NCBI GenBank assembly: GCA_963847185.1 | Contig: CAWJYV010000007.1 | Coordinates: 224,001 to 288,000 of the forward strand | Source of the DNA: an uncultured Methanosarcinaceae archaeon | GTDB taxonomy: Archaea; Halobacteriota; Methanosarcinia; Methanosarcinales; Methanosarcinaceae | Length of the DNA stretch: 64,000 nt | Direction: 5' to 3' | In this document: positions 50,494 to 61,593 of the stretch, piece by piece | Position numbering within the stretch: the first letter of the stretch is position 1 | How the letters are laid out: each line of letters begins with the position of its first letter | Notes under the pieces: model-generated | The model's database searches: none | Told to the model about the DNA's origin: nothing | What the model saw: only the letters and a program-made list of their open reading frames with translations | Translations under genes and position numbers: made by a program

Positions 50494-51312
50494 TCAGATT
50501 TTCTTCTGGAGATGAGGTTCATCCATGCTCCCACTCCTAAAACCTTCCAGGTCCAGGGTTATATAATCAAAACCCAGAAGTTTGAGGTGTCTGGAAATTT
50601 TTTCTCTTTTCCTGAAAGCATCTTCGATCTCTTCCTGAATCATTTCTATTCTGGCCAGGTTCTCATGCATCCGAATTCTGAATTGAGTAAACCCAAGAGA
50701 AAAAAGATAATCTTCGGCTTTTTCGATTTTCTGGAGAGCTTCGGAAGTTATGGGTTGTCCATAGGGAATACGTGTGGCAAGGCAGGCTGCAGATGGCCTG
50801 TTGGCCGCTGAGAGGGAGAGGTTAGAAGCAATCTCTCTAATTTCCTCTTTTGTTATATTCAATTCCGCAAAAGGAGAAAAAACCTTTTCGCCAGCTTCCT
50901 TTATTGCTCTGTATCCCGGACGGTTTTCTCCTCTTATTTCAGAGGCGTTTGTACCTTCAAGCACTGAATTATATCCATTTTTCTCAGCGAAATCTATCAG
51001 GATTTCAAGCAGGGCTTTTTTACAGAAATAGCATCTATTTATTGTATTTGCAGCAAAATAAGGAAGGCTCATCTGGGAGAAGGGGATAGCTTTATGTTGA
51101 ATTCCGATTTCACAGGCTGTTTTAGCTGCTGTTTCAAGCTGCTGCCTGGGAAAAAGTGGAGAATCTATTGTTACAGCAATTGCTTTTTCTCCCAGTACTT
51201 CAAAGGCAAGGGCTGCCAGGGTTGCACTGTCTACTCCTCCTGAAAATGCAACGACTACACTTTCTCTGGCTTTTATAGCCTCTTTTATCATCCCTATCTT
51301 TTCAATGGCCAT
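50494..51312 (-). CDS. larE: ATP-dependent sulfur transferase LarE
   Basis: PP-loop AFSGGVDS, RCYFCKK, SAACLATRIPYG, DLEGFRSGSM. Confidence 0.88.
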   Translation of the reverse strand: MAIEKIGMIKEAIKARESVVVAFSGGVDSATLAALAFEVLGEKAIAVTIDSPLFPRQQLETAAKTACEIGIQHKAIPFSQMSLPYFAANTINRCYFCKKALLEILIDFAEKNGYNSVLEGTNASEIRGENRPGYRAIKEAGEKVFSPFAELNITKEEIREIASNLSLSAANRPSAACLATRIPYGQPITSEALQKIEKAEDYLFSLGFTQFRIRMHENLARIEMIQEEIEDAFRKREKISRHLKLLGFDYITLDLEGFRSGSMDEPHLQKKI

Positions 51313-51513
51313 TAATTATGAATTTTCAGCTAATAAGATATATGTATTTGCCAGCCATATAGTCAGACGTTTCACACAAGTTAAAAAATGAGAGAATTCG
51401 CACTTAATTCTCTTGAGTTATATGATTTCCAATTTAATTTCCTAAATGTTAATTCTTGTTTAAATCTTCTGAATAAGATAATTTTTACTTACTTACAAAG
51501 ATGGAGACTTTAT

Positions 51514-52869
51514 ATGGCATTATTCGGAACTAACGGTGTACGCGGTATTGCTAACGAATACATAAACCCGGAACTGGCAGTCAATTTAGCCAGAAGCCTT
51601 GGTACATACATGGGTTCAAAAGGCACTGTTGCTATCGGCTGTGATACCCGGATTTCGGGCCAGATGCTGAAATCTGCTGCAATTGCCGGGGCTCTTTCAA
51701 CAGGCTTGAATGTAATTGACGTAGGGCCTGTTCCCACTCCTTCCATTCAGTATTATGTGCGTGATTTTGCAGATGCAGGAATTGTTATTACTGCATCCCA
51801 CAACCCAAGAGAATACAATGGAATAAAATTAATTGCAGGAGATGGCTCGGAGTTCCCGAGGGACGGAGAAAAAGAAATAGAGAATATCTACTATTCCGGA
51901 AAATATTCCATTGTTTCCTGGGAAAAAACCGGCAGTTTCAGAATAGATCCCGGAGTTAATGAATACTACATCAGGAACATTATCAATTCTGTGGATGCTG
52001 AAACAATACGCAGCCGTAAATTCAAAGTAGTTGTCGATACCGGCTGCGGAGCAGGTTCCCTCACTCTTCCTTTTCTATTAAGAGAACTGGGCTGTCAGGT
52101 GTTGACTTTAGGAGCTCAGCCTGACGGAACTTTCCCCTGGCGAAATCCTGAACCCACTCCTGATGCCCTTACTGAACTCTCCGAACTTGTAAAAAAGACA
52201 GGTGCAGACTTTGGAGCAGCTCACGATGGAGATGCAGACAGAATTGTCTTTATGGATGAAAACGGGAAATTCGTTAACGAAGAAGTTTTACTTGCCATGA
52301 TGACAAAATATATGCTTGAACGTGAAAAAGGCCCTATAGTAACTCCTGTTAGCTCTTCTCAGCGCATGGCCGATGTCGCAAAGGATGCAGGAGCCGAACT
52401 TCACTGGACAGCTGTAGGTTCTATCAATGTTGCTCGTAAAATGATGGAAGTAAATGCAGTTTTCGGAGGCGAAGGCAATGGAGGCCTTATTTTCCCCAAA
52501 CACCAATACTGCAGGGACGGAGCAATGGCCTGTGCCAAAATCCTTGAAATCCTTGCTGGTGGTAAAAGACTTTCTGAGCTTGCTGCCAGTGTACCTGAGT
52601 ATTTTAATGCAAAAACCAAGGTTCCTTCTATTAATACAGAGGCAACCATGGAGAGAGTGAAATTTGAAGCTTCAGGCCTTGGGCTCAAGATGGATACAAT
52701 TGACGGAATTAAAATCTGGTACGAAGACGGCTGGGTGCTTATCCGCCCCTCGGGCACAGAACCGATTTTCCGAATCTTTGCTGAAGCAAAAAAACAGGAG
52801 AGAGCAGAAAAACTTATGCAGGAAGGCCTGAATATGGTAATCAGAGCAGAAAAGCTCTCAACTCTTTGA
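51514..52869 (+). CDS. glmM: Phosphoglucosamine mutase / phosphohexomutase
   Basis: LFGTNGVRG, TASHNP, DGDADR, GGEGNGG, IRPSGTEP; start at MALFG. Confidence 0.85.
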   Translation: MALFGTNGVRGIANEYINPELAVNLARSLGTYMGSKGTVAIGCDTRISGQMLKSAAIAGALSTGLNVIDVGPVPTPSIQYYVRDFADAGIVITASHNPREYNGIKLIAGDGSEFPRDGEKEIENIYYSGKYSIVSWEKTGSFRIDPGVNEYYIRNIINSVDAETIRSRKFKVVVDTGCGAGSLTLPFLLRELGCQVLTLGAQPDGTFPWRNPEPTPDALTELSELVKKTGADFGAAHDGDADRIVFMDENGKFVNEEVLLAMMTKYMLEREKGPIVTPVSSSQRMADVAKDAGAELHWTAVGSINVARKMMEVNAVFGGEGNGGLIFPKHQYCRDGAMACAKILEILAGGKRLSELAASVPEYFNAKTKVPSINTEATMERVKFEASGLGLKMDTIDGIKIWYEDGWVLIRPSGTEPIFRIFAEAKKQERAEKLMQEGLNMVIRAEKLSTL

Positions 52870-53067
52870 TATTTTTGTGCAGGAAATCGAGCTTTGATTC
52901 AAAGAGTCTTAATTTACAGACTCTTGAAAAAGCCTTGATTGCCCTGCCACACTCATAGAAATACAGAATACTGATTTTCTTACAAGCAGGTTGGAACATG
53001 AAACCCTAAAATTTCTGAAATTTTTCGAGGCTTTAGTTTCTTTATGACCTTAACCTTTTTCATATTT

Positions 53068-54216
53068 TTAATTTTTGATTTTTGATTTTCTCTCAGAATT
53101 TCCATGTTTTTCCCAGTAACCTGTGAGTTTACCGTTAAGGGCAAGTTTGCCAAGCTCGCTCCTTACTCTGTCACTCACTTTTGCAGGAGTTACAGATGAA
53201 TAAGGAGTTCCCGGAAGGGGGGCCATGTAGTGAGCCCTGACAGTCCCTCCTTTCCTGCAGATCCAGCGGACTAAGTCAAGGCTTTTTTCCTGATCTTCCT
53301 CAGTTTCTGTCGGAAGGCCGAAAATAAAGTCAACTGCAGGGATAATTTCATGCTCAATACAGCACTCTACAGCTGAAACGCTGTCTTCTACAGTATGCCC
53401 TCTCCGGATTTCTTTGAGGATGCGGTCACTTCCGGACTGAGCTCCAAGGCTAAGGCTGTCGTTTGCGCAATATTTTTTCACCAGTTCAACTGACTCCGTG
53501 GTTACAAACTCGGGGCGCACCTCTGAAGGAAAAGTCCCAAAAAAGATTTTTTTATCAGGTATTTCGTGAAGAGCAGAAAGCAACTTTTCTACTTTGTCAA
53601 ACCTGGGGTGAATTCCGTCACTCCCGTAGGCAAAGGCATTTGAGGCTATAAACCTGAGATCGTCATAGTACCTTGCACTTTTCATAATGGAGTCAATGCT
53701 TCTGTGCCTGAGTTCTCTTCCAAAAAGCCTGGGAGTCTGGCAATACCTGCAACCCCAGGGGCATCCCCTGCTGATTTCAATAGGAGCGCGAAGCTTTTGA
53801 GGGTCAAAACAGGGGTAAGCATTGAGGTCTACATAGGGCCTTTTTGGAGTTATGATAATCTTGCCGTTTCCCGCATCCCTGTATGCAATGCCTCTTACCT
53901 TTCGCGGATCTCCTCCTTCCTGGAGCACCTTTACAAGTTCTGGCAGGGTTTCTTCCCCTTCTCCCAGCACAACATAATCAAAATACTCAAGTGTCTCCTC
54001 CGGATTTCCAGACGGGTGCGGGCCTCCAGCAATAAAAATAGAGTCCGTACCTGCATTTTCCACTTCCTTGAAAATCTTTGCTGCCTGGTGCGTTGTAAAA
54101 CTGTAGATCATGATCCCTTTTAGAGGCCTGTCTGAAAATCCTGCTTCAGGTAGTAAAGGGGAAAGGACTGCAAAGCTGTAGGAGTTTTTTTTGCTATAGC
54201 GGAAATGGATATCCAT
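53068..54216 (-). CDS. B12-binding domain radical SAM protein (TIGR04013-like)
   Basis: IAGGPHPS, GEGE, SRGCPWGCRYCQ. Confidence 0.85.
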   Translation of the reverse strand: MDIHFRYSKKNSYSFAVLSPLLPEAGFSDRPLKGIMIYSFTTHQAAKIFKEVENAGTDSIFIAGGPHPSGNPEETLEYFDYVVLGEGEETLPELVKVLQEGGDPRKVRGIAYRDAGNGKIIITPKRPYVDLNAYPCFDPQKLRAPIEISRGCPWGCRYCQTPRLFGRELRHRSIDSIMKSARYYDDLRFIASNAFAYGSDGIHPRFDKVEKLLSALHEIPDKKIFFGTFPSEVRPEFVTTESVELVKKYCANDSLSLGAQSGSDRILKEIRRGHTVEDSVSAVECCIEHEIIPAVDFIFGLPTETEEDQEKSLDLVRWICRKGGTVRAHYMAPLPGTPYSSVTPAKVSDRVRSELGKLALNGKLTGYWEKHGNSERKSKIKN

Positions 54217-54245
54217 TATTTTTCTCCATTAAGCCTGTGTTCTCT

Positions 54246-55373
54246 TCAAGTTATAGGTTTGAAAGGGATTAGAGTAAAGCAGAGGAGGCCAAGAATAAAC
54301 ATAAAGATCCCTAGAAGGATGCGTTTTCTATCCAGCTCTACATCCTGAAGGGGAGACGGATGTCCTACTGCTGCAAAAGCCCAGAGGAAAAGAGCCCAAA
54401 AAATCCATATGAATCCATCTTCCCTCAGCCAGTAGATTACATAAATTCCTATCAGGAATAAAATACGCGGCATTAAATATGAAATGCTCTCTGCCTTTTT
54501 ACCAAGCATGGCCCTGAGCACATGCCCACCGTCAAGCTGTCCTGCAGGAAGGAGATTGAGAAGGGTTACAAACATTCCCACCCAGCCTGCAAATGCCACA
54601 GGGTGGAGATTATCTCCTGTGAAACCGACAAGGTTCTGAATTAATACAAATAAGGGGGGCAGACCCAGAGTAAACATTACAGTATTTGACAGAGGGGTAA
54701 CTGCTGGTGCTTCAAGGTTAAGCCCTACAACAGTAACTGCAATCGATACCAGAAGCCCTACAAGAGGACCGGCAATTCCTACATCAAAGAGAGCTGTCCG
54801 GCTTGGGATGGGTCCTTTGTAACGGATTACTGCTCCCATGGTGCCGATAAATGTAGGAAACGGGATAAAGTAGGGAAGAGATGTCTTCATTCCGTGGTAC
54901 CTGGCAGCAACATAATGAGCCATCTCATGAGAACCAAGAACTGACATTATTGCAAGAGTGAAAGATAAACCCTTAAACGATTGCAGAGGCTCATTTACAA
55001 TATCCACTCCAAACATAAGGGCTCCACAGACCATTGTTGAAAAAAAAGTAGCTATTAAAAGGATTAAATTTACCCAGGTTCTTTCCTTTGCCTTCTTTTC
55101 AGGAGCAACCAGCAGAACGTATTCTCCAAGTTCGTGTTTGAGGTTACTTCCTAACCCAAATTGCTGGAGAGGTCCCCAGAGTTCTCCAGTGACATTATCT
55201 GCGTCTATTTTTGGTGTCCCATAGAAATAAAGGGCTTCTCCGGAACTCTGGATCTCATACACGTCAAAAACCCTGACTATGAAAGGATATAAGCGTGAAA
55301 TTGTCTCTTCTACATTGAATTTTTCATAGCCTTTCGTATGATTTTTTATTTCATGGTTCATTTTGGGGCTCAC
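54246..55373 (-). CDS. Site-2 protease (M50 family)
   Basis: HEMAH zinc motif, NLLPAGQLDGG, multiple TM segments. Confidence 0.92.
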   Translation of the reverse strand: MSPKMNHEIKNHTKGYEKFNVEETISRLYPFIVRVFDVYEIQSSGEALYFYGTPKIDADNVTGELWGPLQQFGLGSNLKHELGEYVLLVAPEKKAKERTWVNLILLIATFFSTMVCGALMFGVDIVNEPLQSFKGLSFTLAIMSVLGSHEMAHYVAARYHGMKTSLPYFIPFPTFIGTMGAVIRYKGPIPSRTALFDVGIAGPLVGLLVSIAVTVVGLNLEAPAVTPLSNTVMFTLGLPPLFVLIQNLVGFTGDNLHPVAFAGWVGMFVTLLNLLPAGQLDGGHVLRAMLGKKAESISYLMPRILFLIGIYVIYWLREDGFIWIFWALFLWAFAAVGHPSPLQDVELDRKRILLGIFMFILGLLCFTLIPFKPIT

Positions 55374-55514
55374 GTCTTTAAGGTTTAAGATTTCCTTTTT
55401 CTTTCCCTATATTTTCCATTTAAAGGTTCATTTATTTATCGGCTTTAATTATTATTTTTCTATTCTGTTTATTATTTTTCGGCCCATTGGGTATTTTTCT
55501 CTTATTCTAACGTC

Positions 55515-55973
55515 TTATTTTTCAACCTTATCGGCTTTCTTTTTTATAAGTTCAACATATCCTTCGCTTCCATTTACAAGAACAAAGTCTCCATCCTTCA
55601 AAATTTCGTAAGGATTCCTTTCAAGCATGTCAACGAGTGGGATTTCGGAAATAATGGCTCCAACTGCTACTATGGGTTCAGTTTCCAGATTTATGATTGC
55701 CGCAGGTGCAACTCCGTTTTTTTTCAGCTGGTACATTACATACGAACCAACTGTAGACCCTTTCCCATGGGGAAAAATCAGGACTTTTCCTTTAATTGAC
55801 ATCCCAGAAAGAGAATGCTTTTCTTCAATTACGATTCCTGTTTTTGGGTCTACACTGCCAAGGAATGAAATAGGATCCCTGGAGATCAAGACTTCCCCTT
55901 CTACACTCCCTCTGGAGATTGTCCTGCCTTTGAGCTTAATAGGAATCACCTGCCCTTTTTTCTGTTCTGCCAA
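55515..55973 (-). CDS. Phosphomevalonate dehydratase small subunit (AcnX swivel, DUF126)
   Basis: ISFLGSVD, GKGSTVGSY; adjacent to the AcnX large subunit; start uncertain. Confidence 0.85.
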   Translation of the reverse strand: MAEQKKGQVIPIKLKGRTISRGSVEGEVLISRDPISFLGSVDPKTGIVIEEKHSLSGMSIKGKVLIFPHGKGSTVGSYVMYQLKKNGVAPAAIINLETEPIVAVGAIISEIPLVDMLERNPYEILKDGDFVLVNGSEGYVELIKKKADKVEK

Positions 55974-57141
55974 TCGCTTCCTTTACACAGGCTTCCATAT
56001 TTCCATATACAGCTTCAGCCCCGCACATTCCAGGCACATAAGCAAAGGCTTTTCCTGAGTTTACCATAACACAGGAGTATCTGTTTGTAGCTGGAGATAC
56101 AACCATACAGGTATCACAGACAACTCTGGCCCCGCTTTTTTCAATAACCTTAACATATTCCTTACAGCGGTTTGCAAGCTCCCGTGAGGTAAAAATCCAG
56201 AATTCTTTTGAAACTTTTTTTCCCTTAAGGAGTTCAGCTGCCATCTTTAGTTCGGCTGCAGAGCAATGAGGGCATCCGATCGTAATCAAGTCAGGTTCTT
56301 TACAGGCTTTCTTCCGGCTCTCATAAACTTCATCAATTTGATCCCTTTCAATTGTAATCTTCTCTGCCGGCTCCTCAAAATCCAGCCTGCAAGCTTCAGG
56401 TGTTACTCTATTTACATGGTAAAGGGCAACTGCTCCTGAAGCTGCCATTGCAGCTCCGAGAGCTTTCAATTCATCTGCCTCTGGAGTATCCTTCAAATGA
56501 AAAATAGGAACTTTGCTCCCTACAAGTTTACCAGCTATATATCCAAGTGCACCATAATCCGATTTTTGCAACGAGCTTTCAACATTAATTGAAATTTCAG
56601 GCACACGGTTTTCATCCAGATGGAACCCATAATTTGCAGTTTTCCCCAGAAGCGCCGCAGAAAGGGCTGAAGGTCCGCCTTCTCTGTTTGTCCTGGCTCC
56701 TATTACGGAATTTGCATAGGACACAGCTGAAGATTCGCTCCATGCCAGATGGTCTCCGTAACTCACGTTAAAACCTTCAAGGGTATATGGTGTGCATGTA
56801 CATTCACAGCTGATCCCAAGCTTTTCATATGCCTGAATTATTGCTTTTTGCTTTTCTGCAAAATCAGGCGGAATCCTGAGCTTTTCCCAGTCTTCAAGGT
56901 CCATTCCAGCAGGATTCAGGATTGCAGGAACCTTAACCTTTCCCTCCAGGTCAGAAATCCATTCAAGGCCTGCATCGCCTATAGTTTTGTAAGAAACACC
57001 TGCTATCTGAGCGCTTTTGATAGGAACAAGCCTATCTGCACCGTAGATATCTCCAAGAGCTACAAGGATCTCAATAGCCTGCCTTAGAGTCTCTCCTGCT
57101 TCTCCATTCAGGATCTGCTCTTCTTCTTTTGTGAGGTACAT
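55936..57141 (-). CDS. Phosphomevalonate dehydratase large subunit (AcnX, DUF521)
   Basis: CTCTPY, WSESSA, GARTNREG, IGCPHCS, DTCMVV, NSGK. Confidence 0.87.
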   Translation of the reverse strand: MYLTKEEEQILNGEAGETLRQAIEILVALGDIYGADRLVPIKSAQIAGVSYKTIGDAGLEWISDLEGKVKVPAILNPAGMDLEDWEKLRIPPDFAEKQKAIIQAYEKLGISCECTCTPYTLEGFNVSYGDHLAWSESSAVSYANSVIGARTNREGGPSALSAALLGKTANYGFHLDENRVPEISINVESSLQKSDYGALGYIAGKLVGSKVPIFHLKDTPEADELKALGAAMAASGAVALYHVNRVTPEACRLDFEEPAEKITIERDQIDEVYESRKKACKEPDLITIGCPHCSAAELKMAAELLKGKKVSKEFWIFTSRELANRCKEYVKVIEKSGARVVCDTCMVVSPATNRYSCVMVNSGKAFAYVPGMCGAEAVYGNMEACVKEAIGRTEKRAGDSY

Positions 57142-57262
57142 GGAAATTCACTCTATAACTGCCAGCTATAACCGCTATTGTCTAAACGAATTTTTATGCC
57201 TTAATCTTCAGGCCTTTTAAAGGGTTTTTAATCTTGAAGAGGCTCTAGCAAGCTTCTTCTAC

Positions 57263-58531
57263 TTATTCTTCCGGAATTACAGCTCTTTCGAAATTTTCTT
57301 TCTCTACAAGGATTTTTGTGGCGTCAATTCCTACTTTTGTGGTTGTCCCGTCAGGAGCTCCTCTTGGGTCTAAGGAGCTGCCGCGAACATTGGAGATTAT
57401 AAGAATATCCATATCTCCTTTTACCCTTGTAGCAATTGCAAATTCAACATCATTAGGGTCAAAGATATTTATATCGTCGTCCACAACCACTACATGCTTG
57501 AGGCTTGTATGGGCCGCAAAGGCTGCCATTATAGCATTTTTCCCGTCTCCTTCCGTCTGCTTCTCAATCTGGACAACTGCATGGAGATAACAGCATCCTC
57601 CTTCTGTCAGCACTACATTTTTTACTGTAGTTACTTCCCCGACAGCCCTGTAGATTCTGGGTTCGTAGGGTATACCCATCATCAGGAGATGTTCTGGCCC
57701 GGCTGGCAGGATTCCGTGATAGATCGGGTCTTTTCTATGGATAATCCGGGTGATGCGGATCACAGGCTCCTTTCTTACTAAATCGTATGTTCCCGTAATG
57801 TCTACGAAAGGTCCTTCGTCAACCTTTTCTACGGGGTCAACGTAACCTTCAAGCACAATTTCAGCATGAGGAACCTTTACTCCATTTACACATTCAAAAA
57901 CTTCTACAGGGGCTCCACGAAGGGCAGCCGCATATTCAAGTTCTTTTCCTACGGGAACCCTTGTCGAAGTTGCGTAAATTATTGTTGGATCGCAGCCAAG
58001 AACGATTGCTACAGGCAAAGGTTCGCCCTTTTCGGCGGCTTTTTTATGCAGGAGATAGGTATGTCTTGGAGGGACCAGACGGGCTGCCAGTTTATCTTTT
58101 CCTGCAAGCATAAGGCGATGAATTGAAGCATTCATTACGCCTCCATATTCTGAAAACACAATTCCTGCAGTTATATACGGTGCTCCGTCTTTTTCAAAAT
58201 GAGTAAGTATAGGAAGTTTTGTCAAATCAACTTCTTCTTCCACAACTTCCAGGGTAGGGGAATCCGATACAAGACTCACTATGCCCTTAGGAGAAACTTC
58301 CGAAAGCCTTTTTATAATATCTTCTTTAGGAACTCCTAACATAGATGCCAGTTCATCTCTGGATCCAAGGAGATTCATAATCACCTTTGAGCCTGAGATA
58401 TCATGAAAAAGAACCGGAGCTTTTGTCTTTTTCGCAATTCTTGAAGCTTCGAATCGAGGGGAAACAGGTTGTGTGATTTCGACCAGTTTTCCATTTTCTT
58501 TTAACTGGTTTATAAAGGTTCTAAAACTCAT
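57263..58531 (-). CDS. UbiD-family decarboxylase (anhydromevalonate phosphate decarboxylase)
   Basis: DGAPYITAG, SIHR, EGPFVD, VVVVDDDINI, KVGIDAT; clustered with the AcnX pair. Confidence 0.85.
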   Translation of the reverse strand: MSFRTFINQLKENGKLVEITQPVSPRFEASRIAKKTKAPVLFHDISGSKVIMNLLGSRDELASMLGVPKEDIIKRLSEVSPKGIVSLVSDSPTLEVVEEEVDLTKLPILTHFEKDGAPYITAGIVFSEYGGVMNASIHRLMLAGKDKLAARLVPPRHTYLLHKKAAEKGEPLPVAIVLGCDPTIIYATSTRVPVGKELEYAAALRGAPVEVFECVNGVKVPHAEIVLEGYVDPVEKVDEGPFVDITGTYDLVRKEPVIRITRIIHRKDPIYHGILPAGPEHLLMMGIPYEPRIYRAVGEVTTVKNVVLTEGGCCYLHAVVQIEKQTEGDGKNAIMAAFAAHTSLKHVVVVDDDINIFDPNDVEFAIATRVKGDMDILIISNVRGSSLDPRGAPDGTTTKVGIDATKILVEKENFERAVIPEE

Positions 58532-59367
58532 GGGTATCTGGATATCAAAAAGCTGTTAGATGATAAAAAGATTATCTGATTAGCTAGTGAATAACTTTAT
58601 ATTTCACTGATATATTACAAGCAAATAGAATAAGTGAAACAGGGTTTCTGTATCTGTGTTTTTGTAACCCTGTTTTGTCTTAAAGTCCAATTTTATCAAA
58701 AACCTCTTTAGATCCTGATTTCCAGTCCATTTTTATATTTTTTTCTTGCTGAATTTCAGGGACGGCAAAGTCCAATGAATTGTCTCTGATAAACATAATT
58801 AAGTTAAATGAAATTTTTTGACGGACTGTTCAGTAACTCTATTTCTTAATTCGTTCATGGGTCTTCTAATAAATAATTTTTCTATTGAATTTTTTCCAAA
58901 ATAAAAGTCTCATCTAAATGTCCAAAATAGTATATTTACTTTTCTTAAGGATTCTTTAATTCTCTTTCACTTCTAAATCTCAATATCTATTTGACTGATT
59001 TGCGTAAAAACATACATGTGTCTAAATATATCCTTATATCGTGTAATCAAGGCAGCCTTTTCTGTATTTTTATTATATATTTTTGCTTATATTTAATACA
59101 GACTTATACAATTTACTCCTGAAGATAGGTAAGTAGTTATAGTTCTTTTTAATTTACCTAATTATATGGGTCATATAGTTATTAGGACATTTTTATAGTT
59201 TTAATTTTAACTGACCTGATAATATATAATCTTAAAAACAAAAACACTACTTTGTATTTTTATTTTTAAATATGTTGTTCAATTGTATCTATGTAGTGGA
59301 AACTTTCAAAAATTAATTGAATCAAGAAAAACGGGGACAGGAGTGTAGTATAGGAAGTGGAATATAA

Positions 59368-61593
59368 ATGGAAGTTACGAACAAAAAAATTGAATTTACA
59401 ATAATGGCAATAACAACGGGGCTAATTATTGTATTATTGGCAAGTCCAGTAATGGCAGTCTCATCAGGGACTTACACTTTAAATGCTGATTTCGATAAAG
59501 GTACTTTTGTTGGAGTTGAACACGACACAGTAGCCGATCAATTACAATTATCTGAGAAAGCTGTTACTCTTCCTTTTATCTGGGTTCCCAACTCAAATGA
59601 AGGGACAGTTTCTAAATATGATACTGTAACAGGAAAAGAATTGGCAAGGTATCGCACTGGACCAGATTCAAATGGAGACCCTTCAAGGACAACTGTTGAT
59701 CTTGATGGAAGTGTATGGTTTGGTAACAGAAACACTGGCACGGTAGTGAAGATCGTGCTTCCTGAAAGTGGGAAGTGGGTAGACAAAAACGGAAATGGAA
59801 ATCGTGATACTTCTCAAGATACAAATGATAATGGAATTATTGAAAGTAATGAAGTTCTTCCATGGGGTCAGGACGAATGCGTCGTGCATGAAGTAGCAGT
59901 GGGAAATACATGGAGAGGTCCCAGAGGTATAGCAATTGATTCCGATAATAATCTTTGGGCAGGAACTTATTCCGATTCCTCAAATAAATTCTATCATATA
60001 AATGGAGAAAGTGGAGCTATCATTGATACAATCAATATTGAATATGGGTCATACGGTGCTCTAGTTGATGAAAATGGAAATATTTGGTCATCAACTTTAA
60101 GCACCTGTGTGCTTAAAATTAATCCGTCAACAAGTACCGTTCAAAAAATAGACCTCCCAGCTTCCTCATATGGTATTGGAATTGACAAAAATGGTCACGT
60201 GTTTGTTGCCGGATGGGGAAGTGACATAGTAACAAAAATTGACACAAACACAGACACTATCATAACAACTGCTTCTCAAGGAGATACATACTGTCGGGGA
60301 GTAGCAGTTACAAACGATGGAGATGTATGGATAGTCAATTCCCAAAACGGAGCCGTAAAGCGCCTTGACAACGACTTGAACAGTAAAGCAACAATTAGTG
60401 TAGGTTCTGACGGATTTGGATCTCAGCCTACAGGTGTAGCAGTAGATGCTGAGGGAAAGGTATGGGCATGTAATTATAATGATGGTTACTTGAACAGAAT
60501 AGATCCTTCAACGAACTCGGTTGACCTTTCAGTGCAAACTCTCGGATTAGATGGTGGCGTTGGAATGCATTACAGCTACAGCGACATGACTGGCATTATA
60601 GCAAGAACGGTAACTACAAAGATAGGTACTTGGACTGTTAACTTTGATAGTGAAGAAGACAACATGCCCTGGGGTACTGTTTCTTGGAATGCAAATGAGC
60701 CAGCTGGAACATCTGTCAAAGTTGAAGTTAGAAGCTCAAATGACGGAAATACATGGTCTTCTTGGGAAACTGCGGTAAATGGCGACTCACTGAGTTCAAC
60801 CCCTGATGGTAGATATCTACAAATTAAAACAACACTTCAAATCAATAGCGGAGATGTATCACCAGTCCTTTATGATCTTAGTGTTGAAGCAGAGAAACCA
60901 TCAAATTTCGCACCTGTAGCAAACGCCGGGCCGGATCAGACAGTTGAGCAGGCTAGTCTAGCCGGTACCTCGGTAGCTCTTGATGGATCAGGTTCTACTG
61001 ATGATGGCCAGATAGCACCATTGACATATACCTGGACATGGAATGGTGGATCAGCTAACAGTGTTAATCCTACAGTAACTCTGCCCTTGGGGACAACAAC
61101 AATAACTCTTGAAGTTTCAGATGGACAATTTTCAGCTACTGATACTGTTGATCTCGCTGTAAAGGATACAACTCCACCATCGGTTACAACTTCAGATAAA
61201 CCAATAGTACTCTGGCCTGCAAACCACAAATATAAAACCGTATCCATCTCTGATTTTGTTACCTCAACGGCAGATATCTGTGATGCAAGTGTAGGCATTA
61301 ATAATATAGCAATCACATCAGTGAGCAGTGATGAGCCTGAGGAAGTTACAGGTGAAGGAGATGGGAACACGATGGCAGATATTGTTATCAAGGATGCCCA
61401 GACAGTTGATTTAAGAGCAGAAAGACAGGGAGACGGAAACGGCAGAGTATATACAATTAATTGTCAAGTAACAGATTTCTCAGGTAATACTGCAATTAAG
61501 TCCTTCCAGATCTGGGTTCCCCATGATCAGGAAGTAGGCGCTACAGCCATTGATGACGGTGCAACTGCAGGCTATACAGTGAATTACCCCTAA
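59368..61593 (+). CDS. Secreted beta-propeller (Vgb/NHL-like) protein with PKD/Ig-like C-terminal domains
   Basis: Signal peptide, repeated G[IV]A[IV]D..G..W blades, APVANAGPDQ PKD start, DTTPP...LWP.NH...GRVYTI domain. Confidence 0.8.
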   Translation: MEVTNKKIEFTIMAITTGLIIVLLASPVMAVSSGTYTLNADFDKGTFVGVEHDTVADQLQLSEKAVTLPFIWVPNSNEGTVSKYDTVTGKELARYRTGPDSNGDPSRTTVDLDGSVWFGNRNTGTVVKIVLPESGKWVDKNGNGNRDTSQDTNDNGIIESNEVLPWGQDECVVHEVAVGNTWRGPRGIAIDSDNNLWAGTYSDSSNKFYHINGESGAIIDTINIEYGSYGALVDENGNIWSSTLSTCVLKINPSTSTVQKIDLPASSYGIGIDKNGHVFVAGWGSDIVTKIDTNTDTIITTASQGDTYCRGVAVTNDGDVWIVNSQNGAVKRLDNDLNSKATISVGSDGFGSQPTGVAVDAEGKVWACNYNDGYLNRIDPSTNSVDLSVQTLGLDGGVGMHYSYSDMTGIIARTVTTKIGTWTVNFDSEEDNMPWGTVSWNANEPAGTSVKVEVRSSNDGNTWSSWETAVNGDSLSSTPDGRYLQIKTTLQINSGDVSPVLYDLSVEAEKPSNFAPVANAGPDQTVEQASLAGTSVALDGSGSTDDGQIAPLTYTWTWNGGSANSVNPTVTLPLGTTTITLEVSDGQFSATDTVDLAVKDTTPPSVTTSDKPIVLWPANHKYKTVSISDFVTSTADICDASVGINNIAITSVSSDEPEEVTGEGDGNTMADIVIKDAQTVDLRAERQGDGNGRVYTINCQVTDFSGNTAIKSFQIWVPHDQEVGATAIDDGATAGYTVNYP

